A stretch of DNA of 46,218 nt from a virus (Duplodnaviria > Caudoviricetes), in IMG/VR virus record IMGVR_UViG_3300030376_003947, positions 1-46,218 of that record. The stretch is one strand, 5' to 3'. Both the position numbers and the translations under genes were made by a program. Position 1 is the stretch's first letter. Every line of letters begins with the position of its first letter. Of the stretch, positions 26,201 through 35,510 are shown one piece after another. The notes beneath the pieces were generated by a model, which saw only the letters and a list, made by a program, of their open reading frames with translations, had not been told where the DNA came from and did not search any database.

Positions 26201-27541
26201 ATCTGTAGGTTTAGTTATTTTTGGATATCTAACAGATCCAGAACCAGTACCGTCATAAGAATATGTTTTTGTGCCAGAGTTGTAAGACCAACCAGAGCCA
26301 TACTGTAATTTATTTGTACCGCTTGTGGCATCAGACCCTGTCAAAGTAATATCAAAACCAGTTCCATTGTTTAATATACCACCGTCTTTTAATAAATTTC
26401 CATTAGTGTCTATATAATTGTCTGACGAAGTACCAATAGGTTTTTTTAATATATTGTTGTTAGAATCTTTGTATGCCCAAAAATAGCTATTATTAAAAGG
26501 TGTTGACCAGTGAAATATTCTAACTTTTGTTCCATCTGCAGGACTTGTTACTATAGTTTTAGCGTTAACAGTAATAGTGTGATTTAGCCAGTCAACAGTT
26601 TTTACAGTGTGATACCTAACAGGCTCAGCGTATGTACCAGATCCGTTTTCACTAATAGCAACTACCATACCAGGTTCTACAGCTCTCCATTTTTTATAAT
26701 CATTACCAGTTGTAAATCCTGTCGTGTCAAAAGAAATTATGTTACAACCGTCGTCATCAACAAAGTTGTTACAAACTCTTTCTATGTAATCTTCTTCTGT
26801 TAAATTATATATTGAAGCGCCACCAGCTGTAGTTGCAAATATATTTTTTGATAAAAAGTCTTGTGATTCGGCTTGATCGATTGTAGTTCTAGATCCTTTT
26901 ACGTAAGTAGTATTACCTTTAGTGTGAGAAACACCTTTTACGTTACCTTCCCTTGTAGTATTAGAAAGACTAATTTTAGGTGCGTTTAGAGGATATTTTT
27001 TTATAACAGTAATTAATTCTTCATAAACATTGTTAGTATATGTACCGTCACTGTTTTGATATTTAGTAGTAGTAGAAAAATCAGTAGAACCATTTTTCAT
27101 TCTACTAATATTTATTTTTTTAGGTTCAGAGTTATTGTCTGTAAAAAACAAAAAGTCATCTATAACGTTAACACCTGTTATTAGGTTTTCTGCACTAAAA
27201 TTTAAAAAAGAGTTGTTATTTAATTTATTAGTATCAACAAGTATTGGAACAACTTCATTTGTAACAGGATTATATTCTGCTATAATATCTTTTGAAGTGT
27301 CTGACACAAACCATATAATAGTTTCTTTCTGCTTGTCAACAACAGAGCCTATACACGTACCACCACCGATAGCAGATTTAACTACATTACCGTAAGCGTT
27401 TTGTGCAGCTCCAGCATCGCTAGACTCTGAAAAAGATACGTCAACGTTTAGTGCATTTCTATACTCTCCATTAGGTATTAATCTTTCGTCAAGATCTTTA
27501 TTCATTCTACCTGCATGGAACACATTTTTTAATTCCGGCAT
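20279..27541 (-). CDS. Tail stabilisation/nozzle protein (P22 gp10- or crAss-muzzle-like) with large insertions
   Basis: N-terminus FHAGRMNKDLDERLIPNGEYRNALN; LFFTDNNSEPKKIN; RFSYRYKYIDNEYSAISPF; EYGISQNPESF; GWTSFKSFIP. Confidence 0.75.
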   Translation of the reverse strand: MPELKNVFHAGRMNKDLDERLIPNGEYRNALNVDVSFSESSDAGAAQNAYGNVVKSAIGGGTCIGSVVDKQKETIIWFVSDTSKDIIAEYNPVTNEVVPILVDTNKLNNNSFLNFSAENLITGVNVIDDFLFFTDNNSEPKKINISRMKNGSTDFSTTTKYQNSDGTYTNNVYEELITVIKKYPLNAPKISLSNTTREGNVKGVSHTKGNTTYVKGSRTTIDQAESQDFLSKNIFATTAGGASIYNLTEEDYIERVCNNFVDDDGCNIISFDTTGFTTGNDYKKWRAVEPGMVVAISENGSGTYAEPVRYHTVKTVDWLNHTITVNAKTIVTSPADGTKVRIFHWSTPFNNSYFWAYKDSNNNILKKPIGTSSDNYIDTNGNLLKDGGILNNGTGFDITLTGSDATSGTNKLQYGSGWSYNSGTKTYSYDGTGSGSVRYPKITKPTDLLAGHIYRMEVTITVTTAGTIGFLSKNSNLNQTTFNGLNGREARVFDVGTHEISITWKQAVSGEDGMLAIFANDNTVGTVKVNEINCLTKPRPIKIQPIQFYGGTNYEVNDIIKLQAEDVNAVSFDSDKFVDITLKLTEKVQVSNNKLIPTTNDVVTSASITGNEKIANGDFSDLTTWHTGTTGTTDIGTSAAAFFVSSGTLTSTSSAEGYVRNVLAEALVVDEYYKLTYTVTTASSGSSGNQGRLHLILATNDLQTANDSDYGHSNHLLLPTHATGTYNVYFKQRSHNSNSELMFFNDTDWAGAIDNVSVKKIEPTEVACGTIGTGTNRQMFEAEILSIDDSIIDNISSLKFISKRVQPDAIYEKEFARFSYRYKYIDNEYSAISPFTEVAFIPKNDEGYNYDSKLGYNKSMVNDLRKVTLSGVKEMPEDVKSIDLLYKKSNSTNVYILRTIEGSELDDLKSNDEIIITSEEIKSLLPENQMLRPYDNVPRKAKAQEITGNRLLYGNYLQQYNYFNTPVKFKVSLNSSEIGDVPLKSLKSIRDYQVGVVFLDNYGRQTPVFTNETGIIKLDQKKSETQNSIQCSLLSSPPSWATHFKYYIKDSSNEFYNLAMDRFYSDTEDENVWISFPSSEINKVNENDYIAIKKEHDTENAVDVPAGSTIKYKVIDKKAEVPTHLKFKMEEVGSSTSSVTFSAGDVVESSDGNGDINAKYLKQIYKYPTKGSSTFLISAFDLRTDTELLEEFNSYITNTGVWYNIDNRFFEIKSTLNGTVSKKYELTEIYKKTAIEKITGTEAQGVTSRGNIAVLISNTGNTTTSTVNFFPGATSQSNGTSVTTAIGKVKKGMRLVDSEHSLTYKGKTIIVTSVNGGNSSIVLSESISQVHNDEIYFKDAVDMFYFKTKTPFGDDIRFIGDSPQATRIELLDIDPNSYDANNTVLPNPQDLKLQCNFYKQTTDDYGEEFKGKFFIQIKRDGFINDFIYKTQDSINTFKSRDSAKLFYAQTWLLDQGNNDAIIADTNLTTSTDYLRQLLDIALVPQSEYTDFNGGTNDGWTQARRNFGLSDGSNTRRIAGTRNGNGFCLNPETLGGVAYAATLSINGTNTRVKFGGTTRGVLNSSVYSQDMINGYSMKEINYDNPSNSGGATNPIICIDQSIGFKYNPASVGRFLPYVGDGWQIGRTNCTFKITGINSFDKTKGNLGVLYNFYLYLTTVGQTFRFPNDPTNTVYTIRKSVVAPAKNSVVVKDDGSIVNTGVDDTSAALGSGRGKYYEHALVIDIQLDKGIVWSPLEETSNQSTASITPLELSTNLYTSGKTFTNAEQKSNKEKTATSNSVTFSACEIDFGEATISSDTPAVFEVLPKEKVDLNLFYETPLTRLIIRSGMSVKTSYRTADGDNPLASSAVITKSTANSKNKSDLFQIGTSHVLKTIPAGETITVFKKDQNNNVIYSQDIVLEKDILPLGAGITRSSGITITGGVVVNTVDVNKATLNYYNCFAFGNGVESNRIFDDFNAVTIDKGPRVSTILDTDYKEERKINGLIYSGIYNSRSSFNNLNQFIQGEKITKDLNPDYGSVQKLFTRNTNVVVLCEDKILKVLASKDALFNADGNPQLTATNKVLGQVVPFVGEYGISQNPESFASYGYRCYFADRKRGAVLRLSGDGITNIAEKGMSKFFRDNLDNSLEIKGSYDSLKDHYNITLNNQTLSFTEKVNGWTSFKSFIPEDGISYSNSYFTFKLGEIYMHGENLTRNNFYGDQYDSTIDLVFNTEPDSVKTFKTITYEGDTGWVAETIKTDKESGSVPVFVEKEGKYFNFIQGAKINNDIDLLKTQALNVQGIGNPSAVNYNSNTSAAQHVITAVDLPANKDPKKWIINNSASDTLSTTNTVKFYKEQGASITHNALFYIHPQTVKGIPWKLDENDFTFSYAESISNFSGTVTKTLQNNGSIAVNIAISSSSFPTSRTTSTLTITAASAYQEQI

Positions 27542-27544
27542 GTA

Positions 27545-28666
27545 TTAGTGTTTTATTTGTTTTGATTTACCTCTCATTACAGACGTTAGTTCTTCTGCTT
27601 TTAAATTTGACAGTCTTAGTTTAGCTGTTCTTATAGCAGCACGTCTTTCTTTTTTATATCTAGCTACTAAAAATTCTGGTATATTAATTTTAGTTGCTAA
27701 TATAGCGTGAGCAATATGTTTGTATATAGCTTCTTCGGCAAACTTGTGTACTATCATTTCAGCATCAGTACCTAAACCATCACTTATATATTGTAATACA
27801 ATAACCTTGTTTGTCATGTTTGACGAAAAATGTATTTTACCAGTGTTATAATCTATAAAATAATCACCGTTAATACTTGCAAGCGAAGTGTCCATACCAT
27901 ATCTTCTTCCTTCATTAATATCGTGTATATCTGTGTCATACTCCGGGTCATTATTATTTCTTAAATGATCGTCGTTAGCCTCTCTTCTTGTTAATGTTGT
28001 TGATTTAGGATTAGATAAATAAGTACCATCATTATTAAATATATACTCATAATCTCCATCTTGTGATAATTCAGTTGGATTACCAGTGTGCTTTGTAGGA
28101 ACTAAAGGCCTAAAAACACCAGCATTGTCTACCCACATTATTTTTACATAATTTACATAGTCAGGTGGTAATTCCATAACAAGTGTAGGTGGTACTTCTA
28201 ATTCTTGACTTTTTGTAGACCTAAACGTGTCATAGCTAAACTCTTGTATTCCTCTTTTTGCGTGAAACACAACGTCTGTTCTTTTAGCTTTATTTATTAT
28301 TTTGTCTTCACCCGTGTAACCAACAATAAAGTTATTAACTAAATCTTCTAGTTTTATATACTGATAATTACCTAAGTTTGGATTTGTTATTATAACCTCA
28401 ACACTTACGCCTACTGGTATACTTGTGTTTAATACTAAAACGCCTGTAGAAGCCGTGTAACTTGTTATTGCAACACTGTGGACATCTATTAAAGCTCTTG
28501 ACGTACTAGTAACACCATTTACTGTACCTGTTATATAAACATTAAACAAACTGCTTGATATAGGCAGCGTTGGAAAATCTAATGTAAATGTATTTGTTGG
28601 TGAACCAGTTACTGTAAACGAGTTTAACCCGTGATATTGTTCTTGTGTTCCTTTAAATAATCCCAT
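27545..28666 (-). CDS. Tail ring/adaptor structural protein
   Basis: DVVFHAKRGIQEFSYD, LPPDYVNYVKI and LQYISDG motifs; lies just before the stabilisation gene. Confidence 0.65.
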   Translation of the reverse strand: MGLFKGTQEQYHGLNSFTVTGSPTNTFTLDFPTLPISSSLFNVYITGTVNGVTSTSRALIDVHSVAITSYTASTGVLVLNTSIPVGVSVEVIITNPNLGNYQYIKLEDLVNNFIVGYTGEDKIINKAKRTDVVFHAKRGIQEFSYDTFRSTKSQELEVPPTLVMELPPDYVNYVKIMWVDNAGVFRPLVPTKHTGNPTELSQDGDYEYIFNNDGTYLSNPKSTTLTRREANDDHLRNNNDPEYDTDIHDINEGRRYGMDTSLASINGDYFIDYNTGKIHFSSNMTNKVIVLQYISDGLGTDAEMIVHKFAEEAIYKHIAHAILATKINIPEFLVARYKKERRAAIRTAKLRLSNLKAEELTSVMRGKSKQIKH

Positions 28667-28669
28667 GTG

Positions 28670-29392
28670 TTATTGTTTTTCTTGTTGAACTTGTTTAACT
28701 TCTTCTTGAGTTGCAATTTGATATAACTGCGGGTCTTCTATTGAAACACCAGCTAAAGCTAATATTTTTAATACTAATAAAGTTTCTTCTGACTCGTGTA
28801 GCTGAGGGTTTGTTGAAACGTTTACGTTGTACAAGGCAGAACCACCTATAGTTTCAAATCCCCATACAATATCTGTTGGTCTACAAACGTAGTTACAAGT
28901 CACGTTGTTAACTGTATAGGCAGATGGTGGAGAAGATGGAAAAACTTTTATACTTGTATCTGTTTTTCTTGTGTAAACAGGGTAATCACCAGATGGCTGT
29001 GCTAGTGGTGATCTTTCCATGTATACTAATTCTTTTTTGTTTATTTGCTGTACCTCAACGTCATAAGCTCCTGTTGGGGCATAAAACACTGTTCCTAATC
29101 TATAAACGTCTGTTGGTAGTGTTAAAGTGTTACCGCTAACAGCTGACATTGACACTCTGTATTTTTCAAATGGACTAATTTTTTCTTCTAATAAACTAAC
29201 CATGTTAGAATATTCAGTGTCGTTTGCTAATCGCCTGTCAAATTGATTTAAATCGTAGAAGTATTGCTCAAATATATCCATTTGCGCTTGGTTTGCAAAT
29301 AAATTAAATTCTTGAGGTGTAATATAGCCTCTTTGTTCTTTATTAGCGATTGCTAATACTCTTTGATGTACTGTATCTATGTTTATAGCCAT
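28670..29392 (-). CDS. Head-tail adaptor / tail tubular ring protein
   Basis: ANKEQRGYITPQEFNLFANQAQ N-terminal motif; LPTD.Y; position after the capsid genes. Confidence 0.65.
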   Translation of the reverse strand: MAINIDTVHQRVLAIANKEQRGYITPQEFNLFANQAQMDIFEQYFYDLNQFDRRLANDTEYSNMVSLLEEKISPFEKYRVSMSAVSGNTLTLPTDVYRLGTVFYAPTGAYDVEVQQINKKELVYMERSPLAQPSGDYPVYTRKTDTSIKVFPSSPPSAYTVNNVTCNYVCRPTDIVWGFETIGGSALYNVNVSTNPQLHESEETLLVLKILALAGVSIEDPQLYQIATQEEVKQVQQEKQ

Positions 29393-29413
29393 ATTATTTG
29401 TTTATAACTAGTA

Positions 29414-29424
29414 ATATAGTCACT
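29414..29424 (-). promoter_or_regulatory. Partial copy of the putative promoter core
   Basis: Minus strand AGTGACTATAT (core GTRACTATAT), between a terminator and the tail-gene start. Confidence 0.4.
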
Positions 29425-29442
29425 CAATACTACTAGTAAGTT

Positions 29443-29477
29443 AAAAAATAGCCACCCTAAAAAGAGTGGCTACTTTT
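29443..29477 (-). terminator. Intrinsic terminator
   Basis: Minus strand tagccactc-tttta-gggtggcta followed by TTTTTT. Confidence 0.8.
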
Positions 29478-29483
29478 ATTAGG

Positions 29484-30287
29484 TTAGCTTAGTTGCTTTT
29501 CTATATTCTGTAGAATTTCCATACCTTCGTCAGTTTTAAACCAAGCGGCTAAAGCTGAATATGGATGCTCATCAAAAGGTACATTCATTAACTTTCTTTT
29601 GTTTGACCCCCAAGTAAACACTCTTTGATCTCCAGATAAATTAACAATACCTTGTTCAACTGCTTTTATACCCATATTTCTAAGATGTACGTTGTCGTCT
29701 TTTGCTAATTCTAAAAACAATTTAGGTTCTTCTTTAGCAAATAACAGCAAGTCTCTTTTAAGTTCCTTAGAACTCATCTTAGACACCTTAGAACCTATTT
29801 CTACACGCATAATTGCTTCAGCTATATCTATGTCTAAAGATCTTGCCATAACCATTGCGTCTAACTCTAGTTCTAAATCAGCAACTTCGTCAACAGCTTC
29901 TTTTACGTTGTCAACTTCGTAATATAAAATATTTTTGCTAGGGTGATAAATAGACAAAAACTTTTGTAACATTACGTTTTCTCTTTTAACGTATAAAACG
30001 CCATCTCTAAAAACTATATGTGACAACCGCCTGTCATCATTCATTTCATCTACAAAAGGTGTGTTTTGATTTTCGCAGTATTGTATTGCTCTTGAATAAC
30101 CTGCTTTTTCATCAAAATACATCATGTTTTTTGATTTTAAAGTAAATGTTAGTGGTGATAAACCGTTTTTTAAAACATAAGTTCTATCCTTTAAATCCCA
30201 CTTTTTTTCTTTTGGTTTTACAACCGTTTCTACATGCTCATCACCAGGATCTCCTTGGTATGAGGCTTTTTCTTGTTTTTTTGCCAT
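29484..30287 (-). CDS. Conserved phage protein following the capsid gene (267 aa)
   Basis: Clean ORF between two terminators; function not recognised. Confidence 0.7.
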   Translation of the reverse strand: MAKKQEKASYQGDPGDEHVETVVKPKEKKWDLKDRTYVLKNGLSPLTFTLKSKNMMYFDEKAGYSRAIQYCENQNTPFVDEMNDDRRLSHIVFRDGVLYVKRENVMLQKFLSIYHPSKNILYYEVDNVKEAVDEVADLELELDAMVMARSLDIDIAEAIMRVEIGSKVSKMSSKELKRDLLLFAKEEPKLFLELAKDDNVHLRNMGIKAVEQGIVNLSGDQRVFTWGSNKRKLMNVPFDEHPYSALAAWFKTDEGMEILQNIEKQLS

Positions 30288-30310
30288 AATAATATATAAT
30301 ATAAGTTAAT

Positions 30311-30345
30311 AAAAAGAAAAGGAGAGGAGTTAACCTCCCCTTTTC
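30311..30345 (-). terminator. Intrinsic terminator after the major capsid gene
   Basis: Minus strand gaaaaggggagg-ttaact-cctctccttttc followed by TTTTT. Confidence 0.8.
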
Positions 30346-30361
30346 AATAATAAAGTTACGA

Positions 30362-31852
30362 TTAACCCTTCAATAACATGAAGTTGTTAGCCGCTTGAAC
30401 TACTAAGCATCTTTCAGATAAGTAGTTAACTTGCATTGCATCTAAGTCAGAAGTAATGTTACCACCAACAGATCCAGTGATCCAAGTTTTCATCTTTCTG
30501 TTTTCGCTTTGTGAAGCTCTGTATCTAACATGTAAGAAAGGTCTCTTCATGTTTCTTCCCATAGTTTCATCGTAAACAGATGATACACCAGCAGGAATAA
30601 GAGCACCTTCAATCTTATTGTTTTTAGCAGAAGCAGCAATACTACCATACATTTGAGTATCGTTTAAGTATTTCCAGTCAGTTTTGTAGAAGTCATAAGA
30701 ACCTCTTCTGAAACCAGAGAAACCTAAATTTAATGCCATGTCAGCAGAATTGTCAAACACACCAAAACCAGCAGCAGCAGCATAACCAGCACCGATGTTA
30801 CCAAGAGTATCATCTACGTTGATATTTTGCGCTCTGTTTAAGTAAAGCATGTTTTCTTCAATAGCACCTTGAGCATCTAAAGTAGTTAGTATGTTGTCTA
30901 TAGTAGACATGTTAGTACCAAAAGAAGTACCTGAAGACGCTACAAACGTATCGTTTATAACGTGACCTCTGTCTTCAATAGCAGCAAACATACCTTCAGT
31001 ACCAGCAGGAACTAAAGCATTTGCAGTTGAATCTTTTTCAACAGCTTCAAGCATTGACATTTCTAGGTAGTCGTTAAAACGAGCTCTAGTGTCACCTTCA
31101 GCTTTTAAGTACCATAAGTAACCTGATTGACCTTCTTCACCAGTAACTTCTACCCAACCAATTTGTGCAGCATCAGATCCAGATACTTGAAATCTATCTC
31201 TAATGATGATTGGCTTGTTAGTAAAAGACTTGAAAGATGGAGTTAAAGCGCCTCTATCTAAAGAAGTTCCTTTCGCATGCTCAGAACCATATATAAGTAA
31301 CGTAAACGTTGTGTTATCGTTACAAGTAATGTTTCCAGTAGCATTTGCAGTTAAACTTGCTTGAGTATAAGGCTTAACAGTACAAGCTTTCTTATCGTTT
31401 GTTCCAGAACCATCTGAATCTACATCAACAGCAGTTACAATACACTTGATTTGATCACCTACAACAGCTTGTGTTGCACCTGAACCACCTGAAACAGATG
31501 CTACAGTAAGTATTACAGTGTCAAATTTTCTAACTAAGTTTGCTTCAGCAGCATCGTCAAAAACAAGCATATCTTCAGATGCGTCACATGTTACATCTGC
31601 AATTGATATGTGTAGTCTACCTTGCTCTGACCAGACTACTTGATCAGAAGCCATTGCTTCTTCAGCTCCGACTTTTGCTAAAAATCCTGATAACATTCTG
31701 TTACCATATCTTTCTACCTCAGCTTCGTAAAGCTCTGGTAAATATTGTTGCGCCCAGCCCGAACCTGCTATATCTAGATATGCACTAGATAATGTTTGTT
31801 GAACTGGAGCTGGAACCGGTGATATATTCGGTCCCGCACTAGGAGTTGCCAT
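30362..31852 (-). CDS. Major capsid protein
   Basis: Follows portal and scaffold; QQYLPELYEAEVERYGNR, GTEGMFAAIE.RG and LGFSGFRRGSYDFYK; followed by a terminator. Confidence 0.85.
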   Translation of the reverse strand: MATPSAGPNISPVPAPVQQTLSSAYLDIAGSGWAQQYLPELYEAEVERYGNRMLSGFLAKVGAEEAMASDQVVWSEQGRLHISIADVTCDASEDMLVFDDAAEANLVRKFDTVILTVASVSGGSGATQAVVGDQIKCIVTAVDVDSDGSGTNDKKACTVKPYTQASLTANATGNITCNDNTTFTLLIYGSEHAKGTSLDRGALTPSFKSFTNKPIIIRDRFQVSGSDAAQIGWVEVTGEEGQSGYLWYLKAEGDTRARFNDYLEMSMLEAVEKDSTANALVPAGTEGMFAAIEDRGHVINDTFVASSGTSFGTNMSTIDNILTTLDAQGAIEENMLYLNRAQNINVDDTLGNIGAGYAAAAGFGVFDNSADMALNLGFSGFRRGSYDFYKTDWKYLNDTQMYGSIAASAKNNKIEGALIPAGVSSVYDETMGRNMKRPFLHVRYRASQSENRKMKTWITGSVGGNITSDLDAMQVNYLSERCLVVQAANNFMLLKG

Positions 31853-31878
31853 AATTTCTAATTTTTTTAATTAATAAT

Positions 31879-33057
31879 TTACTTTTTTAGTTTTAATTTA
31901 AAACCCGAAGAATTATCACCTAACACTTTATATTTAAAGCCAGTTTTTTCGTCTCCATAAGACTGTCTTGGACTCATGTCTACGTTTTTTGCTTTGCTAA
32001 CGCTTTCTTTTATAGCGTCAGCTTTACCTTGCTCGTAAAAATGTTGTGCAATAGCATCTGAGTTCATAGCAGTAAAAAGAGATTTATGATAACCTTTAGC
32101 ATCTGACATTTCATTTTTTTCATTCAAGAACTTCTTGACAAAATTGTTAATGTCGCTTTGTGTTTGTTTAACCTCGCTAGCGTTGTTAACGTTAAACCTA
32201 TATGTCTTTTCACCAACATTATATTCAAATCCTTTGAACTCATTGTTAAATAAACTTTCGGTTTGTTTGTCAAAAACACTTTTTTGTTGCAATTGAACTT
32301 TTTTGTTTTGCTCCGAGTTTTTGTTGTATTCGTTATAGAAATTAATAGCTTCCTTTTGGTCGGAAGTCAACTTACTCCCAGCTTTAATTTCTTCGTAATA
32401 CGAGGACTTTAGCCCGTCCATGTGGCGTCTAGCGTCAGCAACTTGCTCTTTAAACGCTAATTTTTTTCTTTTTATTTCTCTATCAGTAGCTTCTTCTTCA
32501 TCGTAAGAAAACCTATCTTCAATAAGAAAATCTATTTCTTCATTATTTAAATGACCTTTAGTTTGTTTGTAATATTCTTTTAAAACTAAACTATCATCTA
32601 ATTTACTGTAATCTTGATTTAACTTTACATAGTCTGTTAAATCACCACCTGTTTTATCCATAAAGTCGATTAACTTTTGTATATTTTCAGGTAAAGGTTT
32701 ACCAGTTTCTTGAGCTTCTTGAACAGCTTCTTTAACCTCTTGCTCTACGGTTTCAACTTTTTGTTCTACAGTTTCTTCAGGTTTTACTTCTTCTAAAACT
32801 TTTTCTTCAGCTACTGGTTCTTCTTTTACTTCCTCAACAACTTCTTCTACAACTTTTTCTTCGGCTTCTTGCTTTTCATTTTTAGGCTCTTCAGCTTTAG
32901 TTTCTTCTACAGTTGTTTCTTCTGTTGTTTGTGCTTTTTTTGATAAATCTACTTTTACAGGACCATCGTCCTTAATAATTTTTGGCATTTTAATTTTAAG
33001 TTTGCCTTCTTCTTTAGGTTGTGTAGTTTCTTCAACTACTTCTTTGTTTTCTTCCAT
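31879..33057 (-). CDS. Capsid scaffolding protein
   Basis: Glu-rich low-complexity N-terminus, helical remainder, YEQGKADA motif; between portal and capsid genes. Confidence 0.7.
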   Translation of the reverse strand: MEENKEVVEETTQPKEEGKLKIKMPKIIKDDGPVKVDLSKKAQTTEETTVEETKAEEPKNEKQEAEEKVVEEVVEEVKEEPVAEEKVLEEVKPEETVEQKVETVEQEVKEAVQEAQETGKPLPENIQKLIDFMDKTGGDLTDYVKLNQDYSKLDDSLVLKEYYKQTKGHLNNEEIDFLIEDRFSYDEEEATDREIKRKKLAFKEQVADARRHMDGLKSSYYEEIKAGSKLTSDQKEAINFYNEYNKNSEQNKKVQLQQKSVFDKQTESLFNNEFKGFEYNVGEKTYRFNVNNASEVKQTQSDINNFVKKFLNEKNEMSDAKGYHKSLFTAMNSDAIAQHFYEQGKADAIKESVSKAKNVDMSPRQSYGDEKTGFKYKVLGDNSSGFKLKLKK

Positions 33058-33082
33058 AATAAAATATAATAATTAATAATTT

Positions 33083-35509
33083 TTATACGCTAGGCTCAAA
33101 TTGACCTACGTCAAATCCACCTCCCATACTATCATTTGCAGATTCAAAATCTACAGGTTGACCACCACCTGTTCTTTGTTCTATAAGTTTACTTTGTTGA
33201 GAAGCCTGTATTTTAGTTCTACCATCTTTTCTATCTTCACGTGCAGATTCTCTGTCAGATAAACTTTTAGTTTCTTTTTCTTTTAGTTGCATATTGTAGA
33301 AATGCTCTAACTGCATTAGTTGTTTTTTCAAATCAGTCTCGCTCATCATCTCTTGTTTTTTAAACTCTGATCTTTGAGCTTCTAACTGCATTTCTGTTTG
33401 AGCCAGCATTTGTTGTTTTTGAACTTCAGCTTGTGCCGCCGCAGCTGCAGACTGTTGATTTAACTGTGCTTGTTGCTGCATATTTTGCTGTGCTATTTTT
33501 TGATCCAGCTCTTGCTTTTTCTTTCTACGTACTTTTAACAATTGATTAGCTAGTTTTAAGTTTCTAACTTCTCTAACATCAATAGCGTCTTCTAAATTTA
33601 TACTTTGTTGTTGCAACGCCATTTGTATATTGTTTTCTAACAACTGTTTTTCTTCTTCATCTGGTTGTAGCTCTATAAATATACCAAAGTCGTGCAAGTG
33701 TAAGTCTTTTAGTTCTTGTAAAACAGCAACATTAAACGCTCCTATTTTTTGTACAAAAGCTTCTTTTGTTGGTGAATACTCTAAAACGTCTGATATTCTT
33801 AATGATAAACACTCTGCTATTTCAGCTGTTAAAAACAAGCCTGCATCTAGTATGTGTCTTGTAGCTGTGTTACTATTAGCCGCTGCAATTTTTTGTATAC
33901 CAACTAATGCGTTTTTATCAGGCATACTACCATCTCTAGCCTCATTAAGACCAGTAGCATCTCTAATCATTTGCATGTAATAGTTATAAGTTTGTATTAA
34001 GCTCTGCATTTTAGCGCCACCATTACCACTTGCTATTTCTTGTATAGGTACTCTACCTGGGTTCATATCACCATCAGCAGTCATTGATCTACCAATAACA
34101 CTACCTGTTTGAAAGAACATATTTAAAGCTTCTTGCGGGTTGTAGTTTGTTCCGTTACCTAAATCTATTTCTGCAAGTCCATCAGCGTCTAAATATATAC
34201 CATCAGGTATTATACGCGACATTACTTGTTGTAGCTTTAAATGTGTCAATTGTATCATATCGGCAAAACCAGTTGTTCTACTAACTAAACTTTCTATTTT
34301 ACCGTTGTACATACGAGGAGCAACTATAGCATAATTCATTTTTACTTTAGTATAATCGCTTTTTGGACGCACCATATTTTTAGCTAATCCCCAGTGTAAT
34401 AGTTTGTTAGTACCAAGTATTACAGCACCCTCATATAAAACTTCTACAGCTTTTTCTAGTTTTGTAAAGTCTCCTTGCATTTCAGCAGGTGGATTAAACT
34501 GATCTGTTTTCAATATAGCTTTAACACCACCAGTTCTAGTGTTTTTCATTTTATAAACCTCATTGTTATAAGTTTTGTAATTAAAATATAACACTTGAAT
34601 TTTATTGCTATCGTATTTTCCTTGACTAACATATCTTTGATTATATGCTAACTCGTTATAAGGTTTTGTTTTTTGTATTTCTTCAAGTTCAGCCGCTGTT
34701 AAATCAGGAAACTGTTTTATTAATTCGTTTACAGGTATTGTTTTTACCTCACCTATATAATATATATCTTCAAAATATGGAGACTCTGTATAAGAATAAA
34801 CTATTTTTGCAGGGTCAACATAATCTATTGTAATGCCGGTTGATTTAGAATAATTAGTTTTTACAGCGCCAATACCTAAAACTGTTAAATCATATAAGTA
34901 TCTTTTTCTAACTAAATCATAGTTGTTGCCATCAAGCATACAGTTAATAGCTTCTTCTTCCGCTATTTCAATACCTTGCTTATAACTTAATTGCATGTGT
35001 AAAGACAGCTCTTCTTCATTAGCAGGTAACTCTTCTGTGTCAAACTCGCTTGTTCTTACATCAACACCTTGTTGAGCCGCCATTTGTGTAAAAGGTATAC
35101 TTTTCATATCCTCAAGCACATCTTCCATGTATTTAGTTCTTTTTTCAACACCAAAAGGGTCTTGAGAATAAGCTCTTATATCGTAAACTCTTTGTGACAT
35201 GCCGTTAACCACTATATCAACAAACTTAGGTATAATAGGTACTGGCTTCCAGTCTAAATTTAAATAAGATAAATCACCGTTTATAGATAACTCGTCTTTA
35301 TATTTTTGTATTGATTGCTCGCCTCTAGCGTACGATCTTAATTTGTGAAAATTATCCTTACCTCTTTGATACTTACTATTTAAACCACCATCTTCAAACC
35401 ACTCAGATTCAATAGCTTTAGCAACTTTCAAACCGTACTCGGCTGAGTTTTTATACTCGTCGCTTACGTTTTGTTTAGGAAAATAGTCTTGTGAAACAGC
35501 TTCTGCCAT
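33083..35509 (-). CDS. Portal protein
   Basis: 808 aa directly after terminase; PVPIIPKFVDIVVNG and TGLNEARDG; Gln-rich C-terminal coiled coil typical of podovirus portals. Confidence 0.85.
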   Translation of the reverse strand: MAEAVSQDYFPKQNVSDEYKNSAEYGLKVAKAIESEWFEDGGLNSKYQRGKDNFHKLRSYARGEQSIQKYKDELSINGDLSYLNLDWKPVPIIPKFVDIVVNGMSQRVYDIRAYSQDPFGVEKRTKYMEDVLEDMKSIPFTQMAAQQGVDVRTSEFDTEELPANEEELSLHMQLSYKQGIEIAEEEAINCMLDGNNYDLVRKRYLYDLTVLGIGAVKTNYSKSTGITIDYVDPAKIVYSYTESPYFEDIYYIGEVKTIPVNELIKQFPDLTAAELEEIQKTKPYNELAYNQRYVSQGKYDSNKIQVLYFNYKTYNNEVYKMKNTRTGGVKAILKTDQFNPPAEMQGDFTKLEKAVEVLYEGAVILGTNKLLHWGLAKNMVRPKSDYTKVKMNYAIVAPRMYNGKIESLVSRTTGFADMIQLTHLKLQQVMSRIIPDGIYLDADGLAEIDLGNGTNYNPQEALNMFFQTGSVIGRSMTADGDMNPGRVPIQEIASGNGGAKMQSLIQTYNYYMQMIRDATGLNEARDGSMPDKNALVGIQKIAAANSNTATRHILDAGLFLTAEIAECLSLRISDVLEYSPTKEAFVQKIGAFNVAVLQELKDLHLHDFGIFIELQPDEEEKQLLENNIQMALQQQSINLEDAIDVREVRNLKLANQLLKVRRKKKQELDQKIAQQNMQQQAQLNQQSAAAAAQAEVQKQQMLAQTEMQLEAQRSEFKKQEMMSETDLKKQLMQLEHFYNMQLKEKETKSLSDRESAREDRKDGRTKIQASQQSKLIEQRTGGGQPVDFESANDSMGGGFDVGQFEPSV

Positions 35510-35510
35510 A

